Part shown: piece by piece, positions 1 to 11,903 of the stretch
How the letters are laid out: every line of letters begins with the position of its first letter
How positions within the stretch are numbered: the stretch's first letter is position 1
DNA from: Mycolicibacterium smegmatis
GTDB lineage: Bacteria > Actinomycetota > Actinomycetes > Mycobacteriales > Mycobacteriaceae
NCBI RefSeq assembly: GCF_001457595.1
Contig: NZ_LN831039.1
Span: 4,350,001-4,382,000, forward strand
Direction: 5' to 3'
DNA: 32,000 nt
The notes under the pieces: generated by a model
What the model saw: only the letters and a program-made list of their open reading frames with translations
Told to the model about the DNA's origin: nothing
The model's database searches: none
Made by a program: the position numbers and the translations under genes

Positions 1-564
1 CTAGGCGGCAGAGCGGTCGAGCTCGCGGATGGCGATGATGGGCAGTGCGATCATGCCGAGGGTCACCAGGCCGGCCAGGCCGTAGGCGCACCACGCCGCC
101 GTGCTGTGATCGGTGGCCAGCAGATAGGTGCCGAGGCCGATGACCGCGGTGGCCACGCCCAGCGCACAGGTCACCGACAGCACGAAGCGCAGCCACACCT
201 TCTCCACGAACGCGGTGGCCACGGCATCCTGCCGATAGGTCGGCGCGGTGTAGCCGACACGTCGCGGCGCGACGGGCTCACGGCGGGGCCCCTGGCTGCG
301 GGCGGGCGGGCGGCTGTCGGCCTGGGCCCGCGCACGCAGCAGCAGTGGGATCGCCGCGGCGATCACCAACACCGAGATCCCGATGACGGTGTACAGCAGC
401 CACGGCGTCTCGGTGGATTCCACGGCCTGTGTGTGGCCACGGCCGAGGTCGACGAGGGCCACCAGCGCCGCCACACCCGCTCCGAGCGCGGCCAGCCACG
501 CGACCGCGCAGGCTCCGGCCAGGATGCGGTCGGTGGTGTTCAGTTCGGCGAACGGGCTCGTCAT
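1..564 (-). CDS. Conserved integral membrane protein (Rv2197c-like), about 4 predicted TM helices
   Basis: Complete ORF, ATG at 562-564 and TAG at 1-3. Hydrophobic segments (ILAGACAVAWLAALGAGVAALVALV, WLLYTVIGISVLVIAAAIPLLL, and others). Its start shares one nucleotide with the stop of the upstream mmpS3 (TGATG on the minus strand), as in an operon. Position matches the Mtb block from memory. Confidence 0.75.
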   Translation of the reverse strand: MTSPFAELNTTDRILAGACAVAWLAALGAGVAALVALVDLGRGHTQAVESTETPWLLYTVIGISVLVIAAAIPLLLRARAQADSRPPARSQGPRREPVAPRRVGYTAPTYRQDAVATAFVEKVWLRFVLSVTCALGVATAVIGLGTYLLATDHSTAAWCAYGLAGLVTLGMIALPIIAIRELDRSAA

Positions 565-1457
565 CAGCAGGCAGTCTGCGCCGAGTTGTTGGCGTTGGAG
601 GACAGCACGGTTCCGTCACTCGCGGTGATCGAGCAGTTCAGCCGGCTCACCAAAAACAGGCTGGAGGCCTCGACCGATCCGACATCCGAGTTGGAGATGG
701 GCGTCATCGTGAAAGTCCATGGGATGTACACATTGCGCAGCGTACGGCGGTTACCGTTGCCATCCACGTAGGTGATGGTGATGATGTCGCCCGGCGCCTT
801 CGTACCGGTCACCGAGTAGGTGACCTGTCGCGGACCGGCCGGCGGCGTGGTCGTCGTGGCCGGCGGCGCGGTGGTGGTCGCGGGAGGCGGCGCGGGTTCC
901 TCCGAACTCGGCGGCGGCGCGGGGGCCGGCGGCGGCTCGGTGATCGTCACGGTCTCGGGCGGAGGCGGCGGTGGCGCCTCCTCTGACGGCGGAGGCGGCG
1001 GTGGCGGCTCGACCGGCGGCGGTGTGGTGGTGGTGATCTCGTCCTGCACCGGCGGCGCCGACGACGTCGTCGTGCTGGGCCGCGGCGTGGCCAGGTTGCT
1101 GGTCTGGTCGTCACGCGCGACGAGAAGCGCTACCGACGCCACGAGTGCGATGGCCGCGATGATGGCGGTGACACCGACCACCCACGGCCAGCGCGGCGGC
1201 GGACCCTCGACCAGCTCGGAGGCCGGGTCGTAGTTGTCGTAGTCATAGAGCGCCACGTCGGCAGGCACGTAGGGACCAGCGGTGTACTGTTCGGCCTCCG
1301 GCGCGGAGTACGCCTGGGAGTAGAACTCGGTCTCACCGGTCTCCGGGTCGGTACCGGACACCTGGGTGGGTTCCTCAGGTACAGCGTGCTTTCCGGGTGT
1401 CTGATCCGGCAGATCCGAACCATTTGCATCCGGTTCCGTGGGATTCGGCCCGCTCAT
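564..1457 (-). CDS. mmpS3: MmpS3-like membrane protein: acidic N-terminus, one TM helix, Pro/Thr-rich linker, C-terminal MmpS domain
   Basis: ATG at 1455-1457 with AAGGA-like SD upstream. The N-terminus MSGPNP... and the [15 protein letters not shown] segment match Mtb MmpS3 as I recall it. The C-terminus VTYSVTGT...ITYVD....IPWTFT is MmpS-like. Confidence 0.85.
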   Translation of the reverse strand: MSGPNPTEPDANGSDLPDQTPGKHAVPEEPTQVSGTDPETGETEFYSQAYSAPEAEQYTAGPYVPADVALYDYDNYDPASELVEGPPPRWPWVVGVTAIIAAIALVASVALLVARDDQTSNLATPRPSTTTSSAPPVQDEITTTTPPPVEPPPPPPPSEEAPPPPPPETVTITEPPPAPAPPPSSEEPAPPPATTTAPPATTTTPPAGPRQVTYSVTGTKAPGDIITITYVDGNGNRRTLRNVYIPWTFTMTPISNSDVGSVEASSLFLVSRLNCSITASDGTVLSSNANNSAQTAC

Positions 1458-1545
1458 CTACGCCTATCCTTCTCGACTGCTTCACCGCCACCTGCGTCGG
1501 CCTCGGACCGCACACATTCGGCAGTGCCCCGGCAACATTACCCAA

Positions 1546-1576
1546 CCGGCACCGCCGATGAGATCGACGGTGCCGG
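1546..1576 (-). terminator. Hairpin between ctaF and mmpS3 (possible weak or I-shaped terminator or processing site)
   Basis: CCGGCACCG (1546-1554) is the exact reverse complement of CGGTGCCGG (1568-1576), with a 13-nt loop. It lies about 57 nt downstream of the ctaF stop. There is only a weak T-rich tail on the minus strand. Confidence 0.3.
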
Positions 1577-1632
1577 GTGTCGAGTGATTCGACGTCTTGA
1601 TTGTGACCTTGACCAGGCGGTAAGGCGAGGAC

Positions 1633-2064
<432 letters not shown>

Positions 2065-2071
2065 CTACCTA

Positions 2072-3139
<1,068 letters not shown>

Positions 3140-3256
3140 TCATGATTCGAGCGAATACTACGCAGCGTAGACCACCCGGTTGCAACCCAGCGCAGCGACC
3201 GGCGATTCGCTCGGGTGCTGCGCTGGGCAACGCCTTCGATCAGACATACTGGCGCG

Positions 3257-5233
3257 GTGTGTGGACTGCTTGCCCTGGTGACCGACCCGTCCCGAGCCGA
3301 CCAGGTCGAGGCGTCCCCCGGAACCGGATCTCAGCTGGTCAGCGCGGTCGCCGAGGCGGCCCATCTGATGCGCCACCGCGGGCCTGACGAGCCGGGAACC
3401 TGGCCCGATCCGGACGCCGAGAACCCCCACCCCGACGTGGTCCTCGGGTTCAACCGGCTGTCGATCATCGACATCGCCCACAGTCATCAGCCGCTGCGCT
3501 GGGGGCCAGCCGACGCCCCGGGGCGCTACCTGCTGGTCTTCAACGGCGAGATCTACAACTACCTGGAACTGCGCGAGCAGCTGCGCAGCGAGTTCGGTGC
3601 GCAATTTCACACCGACGGTGACAGCGAGGCCATCGTCGCGGCCTACCACCACTGGGGTGTCGACGCGCTGCACCGGCTGCGCGGCATGTTCGCGTTCGCG
3701 ATCTGGGACACCGAGAAGCGCGAGCTGTTCTGTGCGCGTGACCCGTTCGGCATCAAGCCGCTGTTCATGGCGACGGGGCCGGGCGGCACCGCTGTGGGCA
3801 GCGAGAAGAAGTGCCTGCTGGCCCTGGCCGACCGCCTGGGCCTGGATCTCGGTATCGACCAGCGGGCCGTGCAGCACTACACGGTGCTGCAGTACGTGCC
3901 CGAGCCCGAGACGCTGCACCGCGGCGTCCGCAGGCTCGAATCGGGCAGCTACGCGCGCATCCGCCCGGGCGCCGCACCCGAGGTGACGCGGTACTTCGTG
4001 CCGAAGTTCACGGCGGTGAACTTCGCCGCGGGCAGCGAGCAGGCCCGCTACGACGAGATCACCGCGGCGCTGGAGGATTCGGTCGCCAAGCACATGCGCG
4101 CCGACGTGACCGTCGGGGCGTTCTTGTCCGGCGGTATCGATTCGACGGCGATCGCGGCGCTGGCGATGCGGCACAACCCCCGTCTGATCACGTTCACCAC
4201 GGGCTTCGAGCGCGAGGGGTTCTCGGAGATCGATGTGGCCGTCGCGTCGGCCGAGGCGATCGGTGCGCGCCACGTCGCAAAGGTGGTCAGCCAGGCCGAG
4301 TTCGTCGAGGCGCTGCCGGAGATCGTCTGGTATCTCGACGAGCCGGTGGCCGACCCCGCGCTGGTGCCGCTGTTCTTCATCGCGCGCGAGGCCCGCAAGC
4401 ACGTCAAGGTGGTGCTCTCGGGTGAGGGTGCCGACGAGTTGTTCGGCGGTTACACCATCTACCGCGAGCCGCTGTCGCTGCGACCGTTCGACTATCTCCC
4501 CCGCCCGTTGCGCAAGTCGCTGGGCAAGGCGTCCAAGCCGCTGCCGGAGGGCATGCGCGGCAAGAGCCTGCTGCACCGCGGTTCGCTGACGCTCGAAGAG
4601 CGCTACTACGGCAACGCGCGCAGCTTCTCCGACGACCAGTTGCGCGCCGTGTTGCCGCAGTTCCGCCAGGAGTGGACGCACACCGACGTGACCGCGCCGG
4701 TGTACGCGGCGTCGCAGGGCTGGGACCCGGTGGCGCGCATGCAGCACATCGACCTGTTCACATGGCTGCGCGGCGACATCCTGGTCAAGGCCGACAAGAT
4801 GACGATGGCCAACTCGCTGGAACTGCGGGTGCCGTTCCTCGATCCCGAGGTGTTCGCGGTGGCTTCGCGTCTGCCGGTCGATCAGAAGATCACGCGGGCG
4901 ACGACCAAGTACGCGCTGCGCCGCGCGCTGGAGCCGATCGTGCCCGCACATGTGTTGCACCGCGCCAAGCTGGGATTCCCGGTGCCGATTCGACACTGGC
5001 TGCGCTCCGGTGAGCTCATGGACTGGGCGTATGCGCTGATCGGCTCGTCAGGTGCCGGCGAGCACGTGGACCTGGCGGCCGTGCGCACGATGCTCGACGA
5101 GCACCGCAACGGCGTCAGCGATCACAGCCGCAGGCTGTGGACCGTGCTGGTCTTCATGCTGTGGCACGCGATCTTCGTCGAGCACAGCGTCACGCCGCAG
5201 ATCAAGGAGCCGCATTACCCCGTGCAGCTGTAA
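3257..5233 (+). CDS. asnB: Asparagine synthase (glutamine-hydrolysing), AsnB
   Basis: Class II amidotransferases need Cys as residue 2. GTG at 3257 is followed by TGT GGA CTG CTT, giving (M)CGLLALV. The ORF-track start at 3215 adds 14 non-conserved residues. The SGGIDS PP-loop motif is present (FLSGGIDSTAIA). Confidence 0.92.
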   Translation: MCGLLALVTDPSRADQVEASPGTGSQLVSAVAEAAHLMRHRGPDEPGTWPDPDAENPHPDVVLGFNRLSIIDIAHSHQPLRWGPADAPGRYLLVFNGEIYNYLELREQLRSEFGAQFHTDGDSEAIVAAYHHWGVDALHRLRGMFAFAIWDTEKRELFCARDPFGIKPLFMATGPGGTAVGSEKKCLLALADRLGLDLGIDQRAVQHYTVLQYVPEPETLHRGVRRLESGSYARIRPGAAPEVTRYFVPKFTAVNFAAGSEQARYDEITAALEDSVAKHMRADVTVGAFLSGGIDSTAIAALAMRHNPRLITFTTGFEREGFSEIDVAVASAEAIGARHVAKVVSQAEFVEALPEIVWYLDEPVADPALVPLFFIAREARKHVKVVLSGEGADELFGGYTIYREPLSLRPFDYLPRPLRKSLGKASKPLPEGMRGKSLLHRGSLTLEERYYGNARSFSDDQLRAVLPQFRQEWTHTDVTAPVYAASQGWDPVARMQHIDLFTWLRGDILVKADKMTMANSLELRVPFLDPEVFAVASRLPVDQKITRATTKYALRRALEPIVPAHVLHRAKLGFPVPIRHWLRSGELMDWAYALIGSSGAGEHVDLAAVRTMLDEHRNGVSDHSRRLWTVLVFMLWHAIFVEHSVTPQIKEPHYPVQL

Positions 5234-5243
5234 CCGCACGGGG
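5218..5243. terminator. Hairpin spanning the asnB stop codon between convergent asnB and adoK
   Basis: CCCCGTGC (5218-5225) pairs with GCACGGGG (5236-5243). The 10-nt loop contains the asnB TAA (5231-5233). The gap to the adoK stop is only 21 bp. No U-tract. Confidence 0.3.
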
Positions 5244-5254
5244 ACCGCGGGGCC

Positions 5255-6253
<999 letters not shown>

Positions 6254-6462
6254 TCACGTCGGCAGGTCGGCGCAGGTCGGCACAGCATTCAGGTCGCCGG
6301 GTCGTCGAGTCGCCCAGGTAAGGCTACCCGCGCCACCTGGCACGTTCAGCGCGCATTCACCTCGTACGTGCCCTGTTGTCCGTGCGCTAACCTGCGTATG
6401 ACCGTATGCCCGGTCACCGTAGACGGGTGACCGACGTCCAGATCACCCGGGGAGCATTTTTG

Positions 6463-7080
6463 ATGACTGGTTCCTACCAGTACCCCGAATCCGTTCCGCC
6501 GCAACAGTATCCGGAGCAGATTCCGTCCGCCTACCCCGGTATGCTGCCGCCGCCGGTGCCGTATCCGAAGCGGCGGCGCTGGCCGAAGATCCTCGCCGCG
6601 GTGCTCGCGGTCGCGGTGCTCGCCGGCGTGGTGGCCGCCGTGGTCCAAGTGACGCGCAGTTCGGGTTCGGAGCCCGGCGTGGTGACCGAGACGCAGGCGA
6701 AGGACGCGATCCAGGAGTATCTGTCGGCGCTGATCGACGCCGACGACGAGACCGTCGCCAAGCACACGATGTGTGGGCTGTTCGACGCGGTGCGTGACCG
6801 CAAGGCCGATCTGGCGGTGGCGAGTCTGGCGGGCGACACGTTCCGCAAGCAGTTCGGCCATGTCGAGGTGACCAGCATCGACAAGATCGTGCCGTGGTCG
6901 ACGACGCAGGCTCAGGTGCTGTTCACGATGCGCGTGGCGCCGGCGAGGAGTTCGTCACGGGGGCAGCGTCCGCCCGCCGAGGAGCAGCAGGGTGTGGCTC
7001 AGCTGCTGGTCGACAAGACCGACGGCGGCGACGACGTGCTGGTGTGCTCGTACGTCCTACGCACAGGCGGCCAGTACTAA
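6463..7080 (+). CDS. Conserved membrane-anchored protein (Rv2203-like): Pro/Tyr-rich N-terminus, one TM helix
   Basis: ATG at 6463 preceded by GGAG (6451-6454). The ORF-track start at 6406 lacks an SD. TM segment ILAAVLAVAVLAGVVAAVV. Good third-position GC bias. Confidence 0.75.
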   Translation: MTGSYQYPESVPPQQYPEQIPSAYPGMLPPPVPYPKRRRWPKILAAVLAVAVLAGVVAAVVQVTRSSGSEPGVVTETQAKDAIQEYLSALIDADDETVAKHTMCGLFDAVRDRKADLAVASLAGDTFRKQFGHVEVTSIDKIVPWSTTQAQVLFTMRVAPARSSSRGQRPPAEEQQGVAQLLVDKTDGGDDVLVCSYVLRTGGQY

Positions 7081-7095
7081 GCAGTACCGGCCGCC
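7066..7095. terminator. Imperfect hairpin across the stop codon of the 6463-7080 gene (convergent junction)
   Basis: GGCGGCCAGTAC (7066-7077) pairs with GTACCGGCCGCC (7084-7095). This gives 12 bp with one A/C mismatch and a 6-nt loop containing part of the TAA. Confidence 0.3.
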
Positions 7096-7117
7096 CGTCC
7101 GAAGTGATGTCAGGTGA

Positions 7118-7474
7118 TCAGTTGAAGCTGTCGCCGCAGGCGCATGAGCCGGTGGCGTTGGGGTTGTCGATCGTGAAGCCCTGCTTCTCGATGGTGTCGA
7201 CGAAGTCGATCGTCGCGCCCTGCACGTACGGCGCGCTCATCCGGTCGACGGTCAGCGTCACGCCGCCGAACTCAGCGGTGAGGTCCCCGTCGAGGGTGCG
7301 GTCGTCGAAGAACAGGTTGTAGCGCAGACCGGCGCAACCACCCGGCTGGACGGCGATGCGCAGCGCGAGGTCGTCGCGGCCCTCCTGGTCCAGCAGCGCC
7401 TTGGCCTTGGCGGCGGCAGCGTCCGTCAGGGTGACACCGTGGGTTTCGGTGGCGGTCGCGTCCTGAACAGTCAT
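7118..7474 (-). CDS. A-type iron-sulfur cluster insertion/carrier protein (HesB/IscA/ErpA family, Rv2204c-like)
   Basis: 118 aa, ATG at 7472-7474 with GAGGGAG SD. Conserved Cys pattern GGCAGL...CACGDSFN at the C-terminus. Confidence 0.93.
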   Translation of the reverse strand: MTVQDATATETHGVTLTDAAAAKAKALLDQEGRDDLALRIAVQPGGCAGLRYNLFFDDRTLDGDLTAEFGGVTLTVDRMSAPYVQGATIDFVDTIEKQGFTIDNPNATGSCACGDSFN

Positions 7475-7700
7475 TGCTCTCCCTCAACATCTGGGCATCC
7501 GGCGGGGCGGATACCTGAGTTCATCGAAACGCGTGGATCGCCCGCGCGTTCACTATGTCAACGGTACCTCGTTCTGCGGCTATTCCCGACTCATCCACAG
7601 GCTGAGGCAAGGTTTAGTGGGTCAAGACGGGCTCGCGCCCGGCGGCGGACGCTTTGGGCCGAGGACGGCAGCATGCGCCGAGGGCAGTAACCTGGCTGGC

Positions 7701-8387
7701 GTGAAACTGCTGGGCCGAAAGAACAACGACGACGACAAGAACGTCGCGAGCGACGCTGCGGATTCCGCCGTGGACGAGCAGAACGGCCCGGCCGCCGAGG
7801 ACCGCCCCCGCACCACCCCGCCCAAGGGCAGGCCGACACCCAAGCGCAGCGAGGCCGCCAAGCGCCGGGGCCCGGTCGCGCCGGCGCCGCTCACGGCGGC
7901 CGAGGCCCGTGCGCGCCGCAAGGAGATGCGCAAGACGCTCACCAAGGAGGAGCGCAAGGCCGAGAAGATCACCCGCCGCGCCGAGATGGCCGAGCGCCGC
8001 GAGCGCATGATGGCCGGCGAAGAGGCCTACCTGCTCCCCCGCGACCGTGGTCCGGTGCGCCGCTACGTGCGTGACATCGTCGACTCGCGCCGCAACATCC
8101 TCGGCCTGTTCATGCCCGCCGCTCTGGCGATGATCTTCTTCATGCTCGCGCTGCCGAACGTGCAGGCGCAGCAGGTGCTGTCCTACGCCATGCTGGCGCT
8201 GGTCGCGGTGATGGTGCTCGACGGCTTCTACCTGGGCCGCAAGGTCAACCGCATGGTCGACGCGAAGTTCCCCGACAACACCGAAAGTGGTTGGAAGCTG
8301 GGCTTTTACGCGTCGAGCCGGGCGTCGCAGCTGCGGCGGATGCGTGCCCCGCGCCCCATGGTCGAGCGCGGCGCCAAGATCGCCTGA
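7701..8387 (+). CDS. DUF3043-type membrane protein (Rv2206-like)
   Basis: GTG at 7701 gives (M)KLLGRKNNDDD..., a basic Lys/Arg/Glu-rich N-terminal half, then two TM helices (ILGLFMPAALAMIFFML, LSYAMLALVAVMVLDGF). The 56 residues added by the 7533 start look non-coding. Start uncertain by a few codons. Confidence 0.82.
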   Translation: MKLLGRKNNDDDKNVASDAADSAVDEQNGPAAEDRPRTTPPKGRPTPKRSEAAKRRGPVAPAPLTAAEARARRKEMRKTLTKEERKAEKITRRAEMAERRERMMAGEEAYLLPRDRGPVRRYVRDIVDSRRNILGLFMPAALAMIFFMLALPNVQAQQVLSYAMLALVAVMVLDGFYLGRKVNRMVDAKFPDNTESGWKLGFYASSRASQLRRMRAPRPMVERGAKIA

Positions 8388-8414
8388 TGCCCGCGTCGAA
8401 GCACACCTGACATC

Positions 8415-8954
8415 GTGCGCGTGCTCGTGCTCGGCGGAATCCGGTCCGGGAAATCGCAGTGGGCGGAGTCCGTCGCGCAGCAACTCGCCGGCGAGGGTGA
8501 GCGGGCACGCGTGCGCTACGTCGCGACCGGTCCCGTACCCGAGGGTGACGCCGACTGGGCGACGCGCGTCGAGGCGCACCAGGTGCGCCGCCCCGCACAC
8601 TGGCAGACCGTCGAGACCACCGACCTGCCCGCAACGCTGGCGGCCGCGCCGCACGTCGCGACGCTGGTCGACGACATCGGCGGGTGGCTGACGGCCACGA
8701 TGGACCGCCGTGACGCGTGGGCCGGTCATCCGGTGACCGGCGACATCACCGCGCTGGTCGATGCGGTGGCCGCGTTCCCCGCACCCCTGGTCATGGTGAG
8801 CCCCGAGGTGGGCCTGACGGTCGTGCCCGCGACCGCGGCCGGGCGGCGGTTCGCCGACGAACTCGGCACGGTCAACCAACGCCTCGCCGCGGTGTGCGAC
8901 CGCGTGGTGCTCGTGGTGGCAGGCCAGCCGGTAACCGTGAAGGAGCCGACATGA
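8415..8954 (+). CDS. cobU: Bifunctional adenosylcobinamide kinase / adenosylcobinamide-phosphate guanylyltransferase
   Basis: GTG at 8415. P-loop (M)[17 protein letters not shown] at the extreme N-terminus and a size of about 180 aa are typical of CobU/CobP. The stop overlaps the cobT start (ATGA at 8951-8954). Confidence 0.9.
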   Translation: MRVLVLGGIRSGKSQWAESVAQQLAGEGERARVRYVATGPVPEGDADWATRVEAHQVRRPAHWQTVETTDLPATLAAAPHVATLVDDIGGWLTATMDRRDAWAGHPVTGDITALVDAVAAFPAPLVMVSPEVGLTVVPATAAGRRFADELGTVNQRLAAVCDRVVLVVAGQPVTVKEPT

Positions 8955-10006
8955 CCGATACGCAGGTCACCTTCGACAGCGTCGTCGCCCCGGATGCCGA
9001 TGCGGCCGCCGCGGCGCGCGACCGGCAGAAGCGCCTGACCAAACCGCCGGGCTCGCTCGGCCGCCTCGAGGAACTGTCGGTGTGGGTCGCGGCGTGCCAG
9101 GGCACGTGCCCGCCGCAGCCGCTGACGCGTCCCCGGATCGTGGTGTTCGCCGGTGACCACGGCGCCACGAAGTCCGGGGTGTCGGCGTTTCCCGCCGAGG
9201 TCACCGCGCAGATGGTGGCCAATTTCGACGCGGGCGGCGCGGCGATCAACGTGCTGGCCGACGCCGCGGGAGCCACGGTGCGCGTCGTCGACATCTGCGT
9301 CGACTGCGACGAACCGCTGTCCCCCGCGGTCGGCGCCCACAAGGTGCGCCGCGGTTCGGGCAACATCGCCGTCGAGGACGCGCTGAGTGCCGAGGAGGCC
9401 GCCGCCGCGGTCGACGCGGGCCGGCGCATCGCCGACGAGGAGGTCGACGCTGGTGCGGACCTGCTGATCCCAGGCGACATGGGCATCGGGAACACGACCG
9501 CCGCGACCACGCTGGTCGCGGCGCTCAGCGGTGCCGAACCGGTGGCCGTGGTCGGCCGTGGCACCGGTATCGACGACCAGGGCTGGATGCGCAAGACCAG
9601 CGCCGTGCGTGACGCGTTGTACCGCGCCCGCGGCGTCGTCGACGACCCGCTGGGGCTGCTGCGGGTGTGCGGCGGTGCCGATCTGGCGGCGATGGCCGGG
9701 TTCTGCGCGCAGGCCGCCGTGCGTCGCACGCCGGTGCTGCTCGACGGGCTCGTGGTGACGGCCGCCGCGCTGGTCGCCGACCGTCTCGCCCCCGGCGCGA
9801 GGGCCTGGTGGCAGGCCGGGCACAGGTCGACCGAACCCGCACACGCGCTCGCGCTCACGCAGTTGCAGCTCGAGCCGATCGTGGATCTGCAGATGCGGTT
9901 GGGTGAGGGCACCGGCGCGGCCGTCGCGCTGCCCGTCGTGCGCGCCGCGGTCGCCACGCTCACGTCGATGGCAACGTTCGACGAGGCCGGCATCTCGGAA
10001 TCGTGA
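8951..10006 (+). CDS. cobT: Nicotinate-nucleotide--dimethylbenzimidazole phosphoribosyltransferase
   Basis: ATG at 8951 preceded by AAGGAG (8940-8945). Motifs [36 protein letters not shown]. The 8717 ORF-track start lies inside cobU. Confidence 0.93.
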   Translation: MTDTQVTFDSVVAPDADAAAAARDRQKRLTKPPGSLGRLEELSVWVAACQGTCPPQPLTRPRIVVFAGDHGATKSGVSAFPAEVTAQMVANFDAGGAAINVLADAAGATVRVVDICVDCDEPLSPAVGAHKVRRGSGNIAVEDALSAEEAAAAVDAGRRIADEEVDAGADLLIPGDMGIGNTTAATTLVAALSGAEPVAVVGRGTGIDDQGWMRKTSAVRDALYRARGVVDDPLGLLRVCGGADLAAMAGFCAQAAVRRTPVLLDGLVVTAAALVADRLAPGARAWWQAGHRSTEPAHALALTQLQLEPIVDLQMRLGEGTGAAVALPVVRAAVATLTSMATFDEAGISES

Positions 10007-10025
10007 TCAGAGTCGTGAGGCGCTC

Positions 10026-10751
10026 GTGATCCGTTCAGTCGCAGGGGCTTTCGCGTTCGGCACGGTGCTGCCGGTCCGCGCCTCAACCGGGGTGGGTCGG
10101 GGCGCGCTCACCGCGCTGCCCCTTGTCGGCCTCGCGCTCGGCGCGCTGGCCGCGGCCGTGGTGTGGGCGGGCGGATGGGCCTTCGCGGCGGGCAGCCCCC
10201 TGCCGGGTGTGCTGGCGGTGGCGGTGCTGCTGCTCGCGACCCGTGGCCTGCACATCGACGGGTTCTGCGACACCGTCGACGGATTGGGCTGCTACGGCCC
10301 GCCCGAACGCGCCCTCGCGGTGATGCGCGACGGCTCCGCCGGACCGTTCGGCGTCGCCGCGGTGGTTGTCGTGATCGCGGTGCAGGCACTGACTTTCGCC
10401 GAGGCGGGTGTCCTCGCGGTCGTCACCGCGGTGGTGGCGGGCCGGGTCGCGGTGGTGGCCGCCTGCCGCCGTTCGGTGCCCGCGGCGGCGGGCAGCACAC
10501 TGGGCGCCGCGGTCGCGGGCAGCCAACCGCATCTGGTGGTGGCGGGCTGGATCGTGGCGCTGGCCGCGCTGGCGGTCTTCGCCTGCCCGCGCCCGTGGCA
10601 GGGCCCGCTCGCTGTGCTGGTCGCGATCGGCTGCGCGCTGGCGCTGGTCGCGCACTGCGTGCGCCGGTTCGGCGGCATCACAGGGGACGTGCTGGGCGCC
10701 GCCGTCGAGGTGACGACGACGCTGGCAGCGCTGGGCCTGGCGATCGGCTAG
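10026..10751 (+). CDS. cobS: Adenosylcobinamide-GDP ribazoletransferase (cobalamin synthase)
   Basis: Polytopic membrane protein with the [12 protein letters not shown] and ITGDVLGA motifs. GTG at 10026 is in frame with the 9903 ORF and lies 20 nt after the cobT stop, giving (M)[12 protein letters not shown].... Exact start uncertain. Confidence 0.87.
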   Translation: MIRSVAGAFAFGTVLPVRASTGVGRGALTALPLVGLALGALAAAVVWAGGWAFAAGSPLPGVLAVAVLLLATRGLHIDGFCDTVDGLGCYGPPERALAVMRDGSAGPFGVAAVVVVIAVQALTFAEAGVLAVVTAVVAGRVAVVAACRRSVPAAAGSTLGAAVAGSQPHLVVAGWIVALAALAVFACPRPWQGPLAVLVAIGCALALVAHCVRRFGGITGDVLGAAVEVTTTLAALGLAIG

Positions 10752-11854
10752 TTCAGCCGGGCCATCCAGCCGTGGGTGTCGACGAACGTACCGCGCTGGA
10801 TCCCGGTCAGGGTGTCGCGCAGCGCCATGGTGATCTCACCTGGTTGGCCGTCGGCGATGGTGAACTCGCCGTCGTGGTGCTTGACGTGCGACACCGGAGT
10901 GATGACCGCGGCCGTGCCGCACGCGAACACCTCGGTGATCTCGCCCGCGCCAGCCTTCTTCTGCCACTCGTCGACGTCGATCTTGCGCTCCTCGACCGCG
11001 AAGCCCGCATCGGTTGCCAACTGCAGCAACGAGTCCCGCGTGATGCCCGGCAGCAACGAACCGGACAGCTCCGGGGTGACCAGGCGTGCCGAGCCTCCGC
11101 TGCCGAACACGAAGAACAGGTTCATGCCGCCCATCTCTTCGACGTAGCGGCGCTCGATCGCGTCGAGCCACACAACCTGATCGCAGCCCATCTCCGCGGC
11201 CTGCGCCTGCGCCAGCAGCGACGCCGCGTAGTTGCCGCCGAACTTGGCCGCACCGGTACCGCCGGGAGAGGCCCGCACGTACTCGTGCGACAGCCACACG
11301 CTCACGGGCTTGATGCCGCCCTTGAAGTAGGCGCCCGCTGGTGAGGCGATCAGCAGGTAGCGGTACTCATTGGACGGGCGCACACCCAGGCCGGGCTCCG
11401 TGGCGATGACGAAGGGCCGCAGGTAGAGCGACTCTTCACCACCGGCGGGCGGCACCCACTTCTCGTCGACCGCGATCAACTGGCGCAGCGACTCGATGAA
11501 CACCTCTTCGGGCAATTCGGGGATCGCGAGCCGGCGCGCCGAGGACTGCAGACGCGCCGCGTTGGCCTCGGGGCGGAACGACACGATGGAGCCGTCGGCC
11601 CAGCGGTAGGCCTTGAGACCCTCGAAGATCTCCTGGCCGTAGTGCAGCACGATGGCCGACGGATCCAGCTGGATCGGGCCGTACGGGATCACCTGCGCGT
11701 TGTGCCAGCCCTCGTCCACGGTGTAGTCGATCGACACCATGTGGTCGGTGTAGTACTTGCCGAAACCGGGGTTGGCGAGGATGGATTCGCGTACCGCATC
11801 GGTCGCCGGATTCGTGTTGGCAGAAACCGTGAACTCGAGCGGACCGCTATTCAT
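10748..11854 (-). CDS. ilvE: Branched-chain amino acid aminotransferase
   Basis: ATG at 11852-11854 gives a 368-aa protein, the same length I recall for Mtb IlvE. It starts [10 protein letters not shown]...[12 protein letters not shown]. Contains the [18 protein letters not shown]-lysine region. The upstream ORF extension is Arg/Ser-rich junk. Confidence 0.95.
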   Translation of the reverse strand: MNSGPLEFTVSANTNPATDAVRESILANPGFGKYYTDHMVSIDYTVDEGWHNAQVIPYGPIQLDPSAIVLHYGQEIFEGLKAYRWADGSIVSFRPEANAARLQSSARRLAIPELPEEVFIESLRQLIAVDEKWVPPAGGEESLYLRPFVIATEPGLGVRPSNEYRYLLIASPAGAYFKGGIKPVSVWLSHEYVRASPGGTGAAKFGGNYAASLLAQAQAAEMGCDQVVWLDAIERRYVEEMGGMNLFFVFGSGGSARLVTPELSGSLLPGITRDSLLQLATDAGFAVEERKIDVDEWQKKAGAGEITEVFACGTAAVITPVSHVKHHDGEFTIADGQPGEITMALRDTLTGIQRGTFVDTHGWMARLN

Positions 11855-11903
11855 AACGGCGATTGTATCGCCTGCATGCCAGCCATTTTTGCCAGGCGTG
11901 GAT

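Noticed and set aside
820-1233. 137-aa Gly-rich plus-strand ORF, and possible G-quadruplex in the GGCGG-rich tract
   Set aside because: The ORF is the antisense of the MmpS3 polyproline linker. The G-runs are only GG (no GGG tracts), so G4 potential is weak and I cannot support it from sequence alone.
3215-3256. N-terminal extensions offered by the ORF track (asnB 3215, cobT 8717, cobS 9903, ilvE 11989, DUF3043 7533, DUF4191 22194, glnA1 25644, RDD 25596, dtd 27354)
   Set aside because: The track reports the longest ATG/GTG/TTG ORF. Conserved N-termini (for example Cys2 of AsnB and the GlnA1 and IlvE lengths), Shine-Dalgarno positions and overlaps with upstream genes support the shorter starts I report.
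3158-4996. 612-aa ORF on the minus strand
   Set aside because: It is antisense to asnB, whose frame carries unmistakable amidotransferase and PP-loop motifs. The antisense translation is Arg/Ala/Gly/His/Leu-rich with no motifs, which is typical of stop-poor off-frames in very GC-rich DNA.
8388-8414. Cobalamin riboswitch upstream of cobU
   Set aside because: The intergenic gap is 27 bp, so there is no space for a B12 element.
7614-10086. Several long minus-strand ORFs (7614-8879, 8726-9844, 8872-10086)
   Set aside because: Antisense to the DUF3043, cobU and cobT genes, which have clear motifs. Arg/Gly/Ala/Pro-rich junk composition.
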